Source of the DNA: a candidate division WOR-3 bacterium
GTDB taxonomy: Bacteria; Hydrothermota; Tepidihabitantia; SM23-42
Direction of reading: 5' to 3'
Length of the DNA stretch: 64,000 nt
NCBI GenBank assembly: GCA_016936155.1
Contig: JAFGPO010000139.1
Location: 156 to 64,155, forward strand
Shown one piece after another: positions 45,250 through 56,100 of the stretch. Numbering within the stretch: the first letter of the stretch is position 1; each line of letters opens with the position of its first letter. The translations under genes were made by a program, and so were the position numbers. The notes beneath the pieces are model-generated. The model ran no database searches, was not told the DNA's origin, and saw only the letters and a program-made list of their open reading frames with translations.

Positions 45250-46425
45250 ATGGATCTTATCGGCCGGATACTCGCGATCTTCATTGTATCGTTGGGCGTT
45301 CTATATTGGATCGTGCAGTTCGTCGCAACGATCCTGCTCGTGAAAAAGGTGCGGGCGATCAGCGCGCTGCCAGCGACTGCCCGGACCTCATGGCCGCGTG
45401 TTTCCGTGATCATGCCGGCGCGTAATGAAGCGGACACGATCGAGGCTGCACTGCATATGCGTTGCGCATCCGACTACCCGGATCTTGAATTGATCGTGGT
45501 CAATGACCGCTCGATTGACGATACCGGGATGATCGCCGAACGCATGGCGGTCCAGGACAAACGCATACGGGTGCTCCATGTCGATTCGCTTCCTGAAGGG
45601 TGGCTTGGCAAGCTTCATGCAATGCATGTCGGCGCGCAAGAAGCGAGCGGCCAATGGCTGTTGTTCAGTGATGCGGATGTCCATGTAAAACCCGGTACGC
45701 TGCGCCGCGTGATCGCCTGGTGCGAGGATAAGCGAATTGACCACATGGCGGTCATTCCCGATCTCTCCCCGGTAGGGTTCTTTGTGGACGTAACGCTCTC
45801 GGTATTCATGCGCCAGATATGCATATTCGGGCAGGCGTGGAGAGTCGAGGACCCGGGATCCGGCGCCGCGATCGGCGCAGGCGCGTTCAATCTCGTGCGG
45901 CGCGGTTCTTTTGATGCGGTGCGCGGATTCGAAAAGATCCGGCTCACGGTAACGGATGATTTCGCATTCGGGCGAGTGCTGAAGGAATCAGGCGCCCGTG
46001 CCGGCGTGCTGAACGGGCGTGGTCGCGTGACCGTGTGTTTTTATCGAACGCTCCATGATATGGCGATTGGATCCGAACGCGCGCTCTTTACCATGTTTGG
46101 AAAGTTCAGTGCGCTGCGTTTAATCGCGTTCGGAATGCTTATGCTGGTGTGTGAGGTCGCCCCGTTTATCGCGCTTTTTTTCGATGGATTGCCGCTCGTG
46201 CAGCTGATCGGGCTTATTTTCGCGGGGGTCATTATTGCGACGTCGATCATAGCCAACGTTTATCTGGGGCGGGCGTGGTGGACCGCGTTCTTTGTCCCGG
46301 TCGCGAACGTGATCATGTGTGTGTGCACGGTGCGCGCCGCCATCCTGGGCGCGAAGCGCGGTGGTATCATCTGGCGCGGGACGTTCTATTCGAACGAGCA
46401 ATTGCGCACATTCAGACAGCTATGA
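45250..46425 (+). CDS. Family 2 glycosyltransferase (membrane-associated)
   Basis: VSVIMPARNEADTIEAAL...LIVVNDRSIDDTG and a DAD motif (FSDADV). C-terminal TM segments. Start set at ATG 45250 because the track TTG start is the -35 TTGACA. Confidence 0.75.
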   Translation: MDLIGRILAIFIVSLGVLYWIVQFVATILLVKKVRAISALPATARTSWPRVSVIMPARNEADTIEAALHMRCASDYPDLELIVVNDRSIDDTGMIAERMAVQDKRIRVLHVDSLPEGWLGKLHAMHVGAQEASGQWLLFSDADVHVKPGTLRRVIAWCEDKRIDHMAVIPDLSPVGFFVDVTLSVFMRQICIFGQAWRVEDPGSGAAIGAGAFNLVRRGSFDAVRGFEKIRLTVTDDFAFGRVLKESGARAGVLNGRGRVTVCFYRTLHDMAIGSERALFTMFGKFSALRLIAFGMLMLVCEVAPFIALFFDGLPLVQLIGLIFAGVIIATSIIANVYLGRAWWTAFFVPVANVIMCVCTVRAAILGAKRGGIIWRGTFYSNEQLRTFRQL

Positions 46426-46451
46426 GGTGTCGTTTTGCCTGAGCTGGCCTG

Positions 46452-47405
46452 CTATTGTTTTATTACTTTGTGCGTCCGTTGATTGACCTGCACAAAGTAC
46501 ACACCCGGTGTAAGATCCATGAAGTCCAGCCAGATCCCTTCGTGTTCGCCACGCACTTCAACCACTTTGCATACCATTCCTGAGATATCGTACACTTTGA
46601 TCGTGGAGGTATGCGGATCGAGCGGAATGAAAAGGATCCGGTGGAAAGGATTTGGATACAAAGCCGGAGTAGGCGCAGGAGAACGGGTATGCTCGGTAAC
46701 GCCGAGATTTAGATAGAAATCTCCGTTCATGATCGGTTCCAGGGCAGAGAGTCTTCCAACTGACAACATGTCCGGGATATAGCCGGTCGCCGCTACATCA
46801 ACATAGTAATACCAGGGTAGTAAATCGGTTAATGCATATGCCCCGAACGTATCAGTATAGGTGGTGCAACATTCAAACAGGTAAGGAGGACCGAAGATCG
46901 TGTACCAATTTTGACGCGCGCGTGCCGTGACCCGGGCCGCGTTCAACGGTGCTCCCAGGTAATCATACACATGTCCCGAGACACTACATCCGGGATAATC
47001 ATCATTGGGCGCTCCGAATGTCGGCGTGGAATCAAGGTACCAGTCTTCGACAAAAAACCAGGGCGGTGACCAGGTGGAATCATACGCAAAGCAATAGAAA
47101 CGCGAACTTGACCAATAAGGTGGAGGAAGCGGCTGCTCAGATGGGTATTTCACTGAATCGAGATACCAGAAGCTATGGTACAGCCACACGGTGGCTTTAT
47201 TATCCGGCAGGTCGAAATCTCCGCTCAGCATTGACCGGTCGATCACGGTTGGCACGTTGATCGGGAAGGTAATATCAGTGTCAACATAGGCTGAACCAGC
47301 CGGTGTTGCAATGATCATGTCGAGCAGCGACAGCGTGTCATGGCTGCCGCATGCACATCCGATCAAACATACCACCATCATGTTGCGCAGTGCTGCTGTT
47401 GTCAT
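46452..47405 (-). CDS. Secreted protein with carboxypeptidase-regulatory-like fold and T9SS C-terminal sorting domain
   Basis: VSGHVYDYLGAPLNAARVTARA is CarboxypepD_reg-like. CTD reads IKVYDISGMVC...PGVYFVQV...HKVIKQ. Confidence 0.55.
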   Translation of the reverse strand: MTTAALRNMMVVCLIGCACGSHDTLSLLDMIIATPAGSAYVDTDITFPINVPTVIDRSMLSGDFDLPDNKATVWLYHSFWYLDSVKYPSEQPLPPPYWSSSRFYCFAYDSTWSPPWFFVEDWYLDSTPTFGAPNDDYPGCSVSGHVYDYLGAPLNAARVTARARQNWYTIFGPPYLFECCTTYTDTFGAYALTDLLPWYYYVDVAATGYIPDMLSVGRLSALEPIMNGDFYLNLGVTEHTRSPAPTPALYPNPFHRILFIPLDPHTSTIKVYDISGMVCKVVEVRGEHEGIWLDFMDLTPGVYFVQVNQRTHKVIKQ

Positions 47406-47450
47406 GATGCGGTTCGTACCTGCACCTCGGTCTTTTTGCGGTGTTGGATA

Positions 47451-48572
47451 CTACGAATGTGCTTTTTTCTCGATCGCTCCCAGCAGCGAAGTGAATGCCT
47501 GTTCAAATGCCTTTACGCCCTCTTTTAAGAGCGTAGCACACACTTCATCCATGCGTATACCAGCCATCGCGAGATCCGCGATCACCCTGTGAGCATGCGC
47601 TCCGGTATGCGCAAGCGTTTCCTTGACAGCGCCGTGGTCCAGGAATGCATGTAGGGTCTTTTCCGGCACTGTGTTGATTGTATTTTTCGCAATGAGCTCG
47701 GCAACATACTTGATGTCGCTGTACTCGGGATTTTTCGTGCTCGTTGAACCCCACACGATCCTCTGGAGCCGGATTCCCCGGGCACGGAGTGCGGTGAAGC
47801 GCTCGTTTTTTTGCAGATCGCAGAAACTATCGTAGATGAGCGCGGCATTCGCGACCGCCGCCCGGCCGCGCAGGGCTTCGAGCGTATTGATCGCGTCCTC
47901 GTCATTTTCTGAGTCGATGAGTTCTTCGAGCAAGGTATCAATGAGCGTGTCGACGCGGCTCACGAAAACGCTCGCGACCGAACACACTCGCTGTGGATCC
48001 CCATTGTGGTCAAGATACTCCTCGGCGCCGGCAAGGTAAGCCTGCGCTGCCTTAGTGTAATCCTGGAGTGAAAAGATGAGCGTGATATTGACGTTCGCGC
48101 CCTTGCTGATGAGGGTGGTTACAGCCGGGAATCCCTTGTCAGTTGCCGGAACCTTGAGCATGAGATTGGGCCGGTCAACCCGGGCATAGAGCCGCAGGCC
48201 TTCGGCAATCGTCTTATCAGTATCATAGGCAAGCGAGGGATCGATCTCCAGGCTGACATACCCGTCCATTCCGTGCGTGCGGTCCCATACCGGGCGGAAC
48301 ATATCCGCGGCATCCTGGATATCGCGTACCGTGAGTTCATCGTAGATCTCAAACACGCTCTTGCCTTTGGATGCCATTTCCTTGATGTGGGCGTCATAAT
48401 CAGCACTCTTGCTCACGGCATTATTAAAGATCGACGGGTTCGAGGTGACACCCATGACCCCCTGCTCGATGAGAGCGGCAAGTTTCCCGGAATCGATCGT
48501 CGCGCGGCTTATGTAGTCGAGCCATGCGCTCTGACCGAACTCAGCAAGTTCATGCAAAATGGTTTTTGCCAT
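47451..48572 (-). CDS. tal: Transaldolase (long, ~370-aa type)
   Basis: GVTSNPSIFNNAV. Catalytic Lys context LMLKVPAT. ANVNITLIFS. Confidence 0.9.
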   Translation of the reverse strand: MAKTILHELAEFGQSAWLDYISRATIDSGKLAALIEQGVMGVTSNPSIFNNAVSKSADYDAHIKEMASKGKSVFEIYDELTVRDIQDAADMFRPVWDRTHGMDGYVSLEIDPSLAYDTDKTIAEGLRLYARVDRPNLMLKVPATDKGFPAVTTLISKGANVNITLIFSLQDYTKAAQAYLAGAEEYLDHNGDPQRVCSVASVFVSRVDTLIDTLLEELIDSENDEDAINTLEALRGRAAVANAALIYDSFCDLQKNERFTALRARGIRLQRIVWGSTSTKNPEYSDIKYVAELIAKNTINTVPEKTLHAFLDHGAVKETLAHTGAHAHRVIADLAMAGIRMDEVCATLLKEGVKAFEQAFTSLLGAIEKKAHS

Positions 48573-48634
48573 TCAACCTCCTTGGATCAGCGATACATGA
48601 AATGGATACACGCTGTCGCTTTAAGGACAATAAA

Positions 48635-50578
48635 TTACTTCACGACCACGAGTTTGGCGACTTTTTCATTGACCGGCGTGACAAGACGGCAGAAGTAGAT
48701 ACCTGCCGGAAGATCGTGAACCGCCACCGTGTACACTCCCGGGATCCGCGCTCCATCGAACAGGGTGTGTTCGACCCGGCCTGTGACATCATAGAGCACG
48801 AGCCGTATGTGGCCGGTCTGGTTCACGACGTACGTGACTTTCGGATGGGTAGATGGATTTACCCCGATGAGCAGGTCATTATAGAGCGGATCTCCTTGTA
48901 CTGCCTCTTCGATCCCGTAGAACGTTTCGTACTTACAGAGCACGCGATAGTCCGGATCGAAATTGATGTTTATTACCGAGTCCGCTACGACGAATTCAGC
49001 GTGCTGTGGCGATGCAGTGATAGGAATAGTGACGGTCGTATCCGCACCGGTCGTGTTGAGCAGGATCTGCACCGGCATATGAAAGACTGCTGGAGCGTTC
49101 GTCTGGACCTGGTATATATGCACGCGGAAGAGGAAGTCGTTCCCTGACGGAATACAGTTCCAGTAGACCTCGTATTCTGGATATCCCTGGTCATAGACCC
49201 ATTCGTCAAAGAACCATGTGAGGTCCGTGCCGTACACGAGCGAGAACACCGCGTTCATATCGTCTGTGCATGCGCATCCGTACTCGAAAGAATCCCGGTA
49301 TGCATGCATGCCTTCAAAGAAATGATCCTGGTTGAGGAACCTGAGCATGTGCATGACCCAGCATGCCTTGCAGTATGTGTATCCCCAGGAGAAGATGCTG
49401 TCGAGCGGGGGATCGTAGAGCGGGCGGCGGTAGCTTGCGTCTTCCACGAAATAATCCTGGGCGCGCCCGAGCAGGGTCGCGATATAAGAGGACCACCCGA
49501 GCGTATGCCAGTCATAGTTCGCGTCGCTGGAGGTCGCGCATCCTTCATTGAGCCATATGTCCCGGAAATCAACGCAGGTAACCATATCGCCCCACCACTG
49601 GTGCGAGAGTTCATGGCAGATGATCCGCTTCCAGGAGTGCGAGCCGCCAACCGCGCTGCGGTGCAGCGTCGTATTCTCCTGGTGTTCCATGCCGCCCCAG
49701 GCATACGGGTACACGACGTCATGACCATACCGGTCAAAGGGGTACGGTCCGTACATGGAATCGAGCAATGCGATGGATACGAGCACATCACCGAGTGAAT
49801 TGATTGACTGGACCGAATCCTCGGGCCAGACAAAGTGCTTGATTTCGACCGTATCACCCGACGGCGAGTAGTACCAGTTAGACCAGGGCGTAAAGACCGA
49901 CGCGCCGAAGTGCATGAGGTATGTCGCGATCGGGTAGTGCTCTGTCCAGGTGAACGTCGCCCTGTTCTGCGCATAGCCGACGCTATCCAATTGACCGTTC
50001 GCGCAGACTGTGTAAGAATCCGGGACCGTGACGTGCATGACACATCCCTGGTCCGCTTTGTCGAACGGGTCGTCGTAGCACGGCATCCATGCCCGCGCGT
50101 CCCATGGTTCACCGAGCGTGTAGGCGAGCGCGTGGAGGGTGTTGTAATCATAGTTGCGCGGGTAGTACACGAATCCTGATTGGTAGAACGTGACGTTCCA
50201 TGAACCGTGGTACCCGACATGGATGTCGAACGTGTCATCGGTATTATACGCGTGCGGAAGACTGATGATGAGCGAATCGCCGATCGTTGCATGGCTGGTT
50301 GTGGTCCCATCGACAAGGATCGAATCGATCGTCAGGGTGTGCGCATGGATGACCGCACTCGTCAGATTATCCACCCGGCTGCAGCAGGTGATCAGGTTCG
50401 TGCCGGAAATACTGCGCGATGTCATGGGCAGCGTGACATCCAACTCATAGTGCAGGACATTGAATTCGTGGAGCGATTCCGCGCGCTCGTAGTGGATCGC
50501 CGGGACATGCTGGTAAAATTTGGCTTCTAAATTATCGGTTTCCCCCCATTGTGTCAATAACATAAGCATCAGCAACAT
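48635..50578 (-). CDS. M1 family aminopeptidase with T9SS C-terminal sorting domain
   Basis: GGMEHQ (GxMEN variant). HELSHQWWGD...WLNEG (HExxH plus distal Glu). CTD reads LVLYDVTGRV...PAGIYFCRL...KLVVVK. Promoter is TTGACA-N16-TATAAT and SD is AAGGAG. Confidence 0.85.
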   Translation of the reverse strand: MLLMLMLLTQWGETDNLEAKFYQHVPAIHYERAESLHEFNVLHYELDVTLPMTSRSISGTNLITCCSRVDNLTSAVIHAHTLTIDSILVDGTTTSHATIGDSLIISLPHAYNTDDTFDIHVGYHGSWNVTFYQSGFVYYPRNYDYNTLHALAYTLGEPWDARAWMPCYDDPFDKADQGCVMHVTVPDSYTVCANGQLDSVGYAQNRATFTWTEHYPIATYLMHFGASVFTPWSNWYYSPSGDTVEIKHFVWPEDSVQSINSLGDVLVSIALLDSMYGPYPFDRYGHDVVYPYAWGGMEHQENTTLHRSAVGGSHSWKRIICHELSHQWWGDMVTCVDFRDIWLNEGCATSSDANYDWHTLGWSSYIATLLGRAQDYFVEDASYRRPLYDPPLDSIFSWGYTYCKACWVMHMLRFLNQDHFFEGMHAYRDSFEYGCACTDDMNAVFSLVYGTDLTWFFDEWVYDQGYPEYEVYWNCIPSGNDFLFRVHIYQVQTNAPAVFHMPVQILLNTTGADTTVTIPITASPQHAEFVVADSVININFDPDYRVLCKYETFYGIEEAVQGDPLYNDLLIGVNPSTHPKVTYVVNQTGHIRLVLYDVTGRVEHTLFDGARIPGVYTVAVHDLPAGIYFCRLVTPVNEKVAKLVVVK

Positions 50579-50701
50579 AAAGTCTCCTTATGACCTATTA
50601 TACGCAGGGGGTCAGCACTGTCAATCGCTGCTCATGATGTGAAACCTGCAGACGTTTCTTACGTACTATAGTATAGAGTGCATTGATCGAGAGGAGGATA
50701 T

Positions 50702-52822
50702 ATGGTATTCATTACCTGGTTATTGTTTGTCACGGTCAGTGAAAAAACTATTGTCGTGCATTTCACAGAAAAGGCTCCTGCTATCGACGGCCATATCGAA
50801 GACGTCTGGGCACAGGCGGATTCTGCTTATGATTTTATCCAGCACTACCCGTACGAGAACGAAAAGCCAACCGAGAGAACAGTAGTGTACGTGCTCCAGG
50901 ACCATGATAATCTCTATTTCGCGTTCCGGTGCTATGCGGATAGTCTGGAGCCGGTATTCCATCTGACAAAAAGCGAGGATTGGGTGGCGGTGGGCATTGA
51001 CCCGTTCAATTGCAAAACCATGGGATACTATTTCCTGTTGAACGGGAGCGGGATCTTTGATGACGGCTGGGTCCTTGATGACGGCCGGACAAAGGACGGA
51101 TCATGGGACGGTGTCTGGTATCAGGCCATTGCCAAATACGATGACCGTTATGAAGTAGAAATGAAGATACCCTTCAAAACGATCCGCTATAAAGAGGATC
51201 TCACGACGTGGGGGGTCCAATTCGAACGCTACATTGAAAAGAATCAGGAAGATCAGTACTGGACAGAGGTTCTGCAGATCGACGGTGATCTTGTGTCCCG
51301 ATGGGGGACGCTGGCGAATATGAATCCCCAGTCGCGCGGCTACTACTTTGAGTTTTATCCTGAAGCGTATACACGAATTGACCGTTACTGGTACGCTGAA
51401 GATGACAGCATCGACTTCACGCCGAGCATCAGTCTTAATGCTAAGTGGGACATCACACCGCAGGCCACCTTCAATGCGACCGTTTATCCTGATTTCGCCC
51501 AGATAGAATCCGATCCATTCACCCTGAACCTGGGGCGCTACCCGATCTACCTTGATGAACGGAGGCCTTTTTTCCTTGAGGGGAAGGACGTATTCAGAAT
51601 GTCTGATTTTGGTGAGGGGAAGGGATTTTTTGATGCCCTTGAGATATTCTATTCGCGGAAAGTCGGCCGGTCAATGAACGGCGATGCAGTACCGATCATC
51701 ACCGGCGCAAAATTGACCAATAAGACAGAAGATTTTAATATCGGGGTGCTGGGCGCGTTGACAGACGAGTATTCATGCGGCGATTCACTCGTGGAGCCGG
51801 ATTGTGGATTCGGGGTAGTTCGGGCGCAGCAGCGGCTCTTCGGTAATTCCAATGTCGGTATCCTCGCGAGCGGAGCCATGACTGATCCGGACAACTACAA
51901 TTACGCGATCGGGCTGGATGGGGTTTATCGCAAAAGGGCGAATCAGTTCATTATTCAGGGAGCATTGAGCAATAACCGCGGCAAATACGGCTGGGCTGTT
52001 AACTCCGGCTTTTTCGGGCTGCTCGGCAGTATTTTAACGATCAGCAGGGTTGAGCTCATCAGCGATTCATTCGACGTGACCGATATCGGGTTTGTTCCCT
52101 GGGCCGGGCAAAAACAGGCCATGCTCCTGAGCGGTCCGTTCAAACAGTGGCGCACTGGATTCATGAGCAATCTCTATGCCGCGCCGGGCGTGTACGCTAT
52201 CCAGGAAGCCGGAGACACGAATTGGTCAATAATCGGGCTGATCGAGATCAACCCGAATACGCGGAGCGGCTGGGGATGTGACCTTTCGCTCTACTGCGGC
52301 CCCTACTATGAGGCGGATACGCACTATACCTATCGGAGCATATGCCTTAGCACGTGGGGACGGCTGTTCGATCAGCACGTCGATTTTGGCGGAGAATATA
52401 CCTACACATATAATTACTGGCGCGGGTTTCTCGCATACCGCGGCATCGGCTGGCTCGCGTACAACTATGCGCTCGAGCAGCACGTGAGCATCGGCATGTC
52501 ATCCAATCTTTGGGTCGAGTGGGACACGCTTGGCTCAATACTGGCAATAACCCCGCGCGTGCGGCCGAATATCAATGTGCGGTTCAGCGCGCGCATGAAT
52601 CTGCAGATGTTCAGTGAGCTTGTCATGGCGACTCCAGGTTCGGATATCCCGGAAACAGAATTACAATCGAACCGGTTCGGCGTGCTTTTTTCCTGGAATT
52701 TCCTGCCTAAATCCTGGCTGTACATCGCTTTTAATGACTACCGAATGCAGGGCGGACAGGGGAGCCTTGAACCGCAATACCAGATCGGTGCGATCAAAGC
52801 CAAATACCTGCTGTATTTTTAA
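50702..52822 (+). CDS. CBM9-like / DUF5916 family outer-membrane-associated protein
   Basis: The N-terminus APAIDGHIEDVWAQADSAYDFIQHYPYENEKPTERTVVYVLQDHDNLYFAFRC is typical of the CBM9-like domain. The long beta-rich C-terminus ends in aromatic residues (LLYF). Confidence 0.6.
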   Translation: MVFITWLLFVTVSEKTIVVHFTEKAPAIDGHIEDVWAQADSAYDFIQHYPYENEKPTERTVVYVLQDHDNLYFAFRCYADSLEPVFHLTKSEDWVAVGIDPFNCKTMGYYFLLNGSGIFDDGWVLDDGRTKDGSWDGVWYQAIAKYDDRYEVEMKIPFKTIRYKEDLTTWGVQFERYIEKNQEDQYWTEVLQIDGDLVSRWGTLANMNPQSRGYYFEFYPEAYTRIDRYWYAEDDSIDFTPSISLNAKWDITPQATFNATVYPDFAQIESDPFTLNLGRYPIYLDERRPFFLEGKDVFRMSDFGEGKGFFDALEIFYSRKVGRSMNGDAVPIITGAKLTNKTEDFNIGVLGALTDEYSCGDSLVEPDCGFGVVRAQQRLFGNSNVGILASGAMTDPDNYNYAIGLDGVYRKRANQFIIQGALSNNRGKYGWAVNSGFFGLLGSILTISRVELISDSFDVTDIGFVPWAGQKQAMLLSGPFKQWRTGFMSNLYAAPGVYAIQEAGDTNWSIIGLIEINPNTRSGWGCDLSLYCGPYYEADTHYTYRSICLSTWGRLFDQHVDFGGEYTYTYNYWRGFLAYRGIGWLAYNYALEQHVSIGMSSNLWVEWDTLGSILAITPRVRPNINVRFSARMNLQMFSELVMATPGSDIPETELQSNRFGVLFSWNFLPKSWLYIAFNDYRMQGGQGSLEPQYQIGAIKAKYLLYF

Positions 52823-52964
52823 CAGACTTCTCGGCTCGTCCCTCACCAGGTTCGGTCCTCGCTCCAAGAGTAAAAAATTATTGTTCCTCTCATTGTATTC
52901 GAGACCGGCGAGCAAAGTCGAGACCACCGCTATTTTTTGCATTACGCCTTACGCTCTACGCTTT

Positions 52965-53030
52965 GTCATCCTGAACGTAGCGAAGGATCTCAAAGAATAG
53001 ATTCTTCGTCGCGTAGCTCCTCAGAATCAC
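52965..53030. repeat. Imperfect inverted repeat of the GTCATCCTGA...CGAAGGAT type (REP/MITE-like intergenic element)
   Basis: The left arm GTCATCCTGAACGTAGCGAAGGATCT pairs imperfectly with the reverse complement of ATTCTTCGTCGCGTAGCTCCTCAGAATCAC. It sits in a 318-bp non-coding gap. Confidence 0.3.
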
Positions 53031-53140
53031 AGAAATAGTTTGGATTTTGTGATTTGCAATTCTGTCGAAGACAGACTGCCTCCTTGACATGCCTGCGGCG
53101 TGGTTTATAATGAACACAACGAGAAGGCTTGGGTAGATAC

Positions 53141-56100
53141 ATGGTTCTGGATGATCTAACAAAATTATACAATCGGCGCGAGCTGTTTGCTCGCCTCCGG
53201 CAGGAGATCGCGCGCTCAAAACGCAGCCACATTCCGTTCAGCATTCTATTGATCGATTTAGATCACTTCAAAGCAGTCAACGATAACTACGGACACGTGC
53301 GCGGTGATCGGGTTCTCGAAGAGGTTGCAGAAATCATCCGCGAAAATTGCCGGGAAATGGATATCCCTTGCCGATATGGCGGGGATGAGTTCGTCGTGCT
53401 CGTTCCGGAGACCGATCGCTGGTCAGCAGAAAAGGCAGCGGAGCGCCTTCTCGGGCGCTTTGGTGATTATACATTCCTGGGGTATGATGAACAACCGGAT
53501 CTCCATTTGACCGTGAGCATCGGCACCGCAACCTTTGAGAGTAATATTGAAAAACCAGAGACACTGATCGAACGGGCTGATCAGGCGCTCTACACCGCAA
53601 AAAAGAGCGGGCGGAACCAGATTTGCAAGGATATTGATACCAGTGCTGTATCCAAGGAACCGCGTCTGAATTTCAGCGGATTCATCGACCGTGATAAAGA
53701 ACTCGATGCGCTCAAAGTGGTGTTCGATACGATGCGCAAGAAAAGAGGCGGTTCAGTCATTGTCAGCGGCGAAGCAGGTATCGGCAAAACCCGTTTGGTC
53801 ATGGAATTGGAAAAATATGCCAGGATGCACAAGGCGTTGTTTTTGACAGCCAAGCCGTTTGAATTCGGCGTGACCCCGCCCTACCATATATTTTTCCAAG
53901 TAATAAAATCTTTCGTGCAAAGAGGGAGTAAACTGCACGCCCAGGTTTTCAGTGCCTTACCTTCTGTGTATAAGGCCGAGCTTGTTAAGTTCATTCCGGA
54001 ACTTCGCGTTGCGATCAGTCCAGCGCAGCAATCATCGCGTATTTCCGCGGAGTATGAAAAAATGCGACTGTTCGACGCGGTATTCCAATCGTTTGAGTTC
54101 ATGACGCACGAATTTCCGGTGTTCATTTTTTTCGATGATATGCAGTGGTCGCGTGAGGCTGACCTGGAATTACTTGGATATATTATGAGGAACATCACGC
54201 ATCTGCGTCTGTGTATCTGCTGTGCGTATCGGACTGAGGAGATCGACGACAAGCATCCCCTGCAGCAATTCCTGCGGGCGATGAGTCGCGAACATCGGTT
54301 TGAATCACTCGGGTTGGAAGGATTGACTGAAAAAGACACGTGTCTTTTGATCAACACCATTATCGGATTTGCGGTACCGGTGCATGTTTCCCAGATGATT
54401 TATAATGAAACAAGCGGTAATCCATTTTATATAGAAGAGATCATTAAATCATTGGCCGTGGAAAAGGATCTATACTGGAACGGCGCGCGGTGGAGCTTCC
54501 GCGATATCGAGAGAATAAACCTGCCAACGAGCGTGGGCGACCTTTTGCGCCGGCGGCTCGAGGATGTTGATGAGGAACATAAGGGTGTTCTCTCGGTCGC
54601 CTCCGCGATCGGCAATCATTTTTCCCTGTCGCTCCTTCAGCGCGTAACTGAGAGCAACGAAGGCTTCCTGCTCGATATTCTCGATATCTGTCTGCGACGG
54701 GGACTGGTGCGGCTTGAAGATGAGGACGTGTACACTTTCTCGAACATCCTGTTGCAAAGGACTTTATACGATGATCTGAGCGCGATCAAAAAGCGTCGGC
54801 TGCATTTGAAAATCGCTCAGGCGATTGAGCGTATCAACTATGATGCGATCGAGCAGGTGTACGAGAATTTGGCGCACCATTATCTGATGGCAGAGTATTG
54901 GGAGACTGCTTTCGAATACGGATTCAAGGCGGCCGAGAAACTGAAAAAACTCTACGCAAACCAGGATGCAATCCTGCGATATCAAACATGTTTGCGGCTC
55001 ATCAGTAAGAACGACATTGCGCGACCTGATATCGAGGTGAAAATCCATATCGGATTGGCTGATATATATTACCTGATCGGCAACTACGGGGGCGCGATCA
55101 AGCAGTACCGCGAGGTGCTTGAACGATCGGATCTCAATAGTGTGCGGCGGTCCGATATTCTGCGGAACATGGCAAAAGTCTATCAGCGGCTCGCCGATTT
55201 TGATAATGCGCTCAAGTGCATCATAGAAGGGAAAGCGCTGCTCGATAAGAACGAACATGCGCTCAAGATCGCTCAGTTCGACACGGCCGCAATGTGGATC
55301 TATAGTAAACAGGGGGATGCGCAGCGGGCGCGTGAAATCGCCGACCAGGCGCTTGAGGTCTTTAAACGCGAGGAGCAGGAGGAGGATATCGGCACCCTGT
55401 ACAGCAATCTCGGCACCCTGTACCATGATTTCGGGGATTGGGACAAAGCAGAGGAAGTGTACATGAAGAGCCTCGAGTCCCGGGAACGCGTTGGAGATGA
55501 ATACGATATCGCGGCGAGTTACAATAACCTTGGTAATGTGTACCAGCGCAAATCCGATTTTGAGAAAGCGATTCTCTACCATAAGCGTGCCCTGCAGATC
55601 CGCGAGAAGATCGGTGATCGCTATGGTATTGCCGGTTCTTATAACAACCTGGCACTCGTGTACGATTATCTTGGTGAATGGGATAAGTGCCTTGATTATC
55701 ACCATAAAAGCTTGAATATATCGATCCAGATATGCAGTCCGCACTCAGTCGCGCTTTCGTATAGCAACATCGGTTATGTGTTGACAAAAAAGGGTGATTT
55801 CCAGCAAGCCCTGCAGTTTTCTCTGCAGGCACTCGAAGCCGCGGAGCGGATCGGCGATATCACTCACCTGGCATCGGTTAAGAACAATCTTGCGAATATA
55901 TATGTTGCCATGGGTGAGAGCGAAAAGGCATTGGATATGCTAAGACGGGCACGCGAGAAGATCGAGAAGCACGGATACAAGAATTTGCTGGCAGAGAACA
56001 GCAAGATCTATGGCGAATACCATCTTGCAGCAGGCGCATACGATGAGGCGAAAAAATATGTCGATGAGGCGATCGGGATTTCAGAACAAATCGGTGACCT

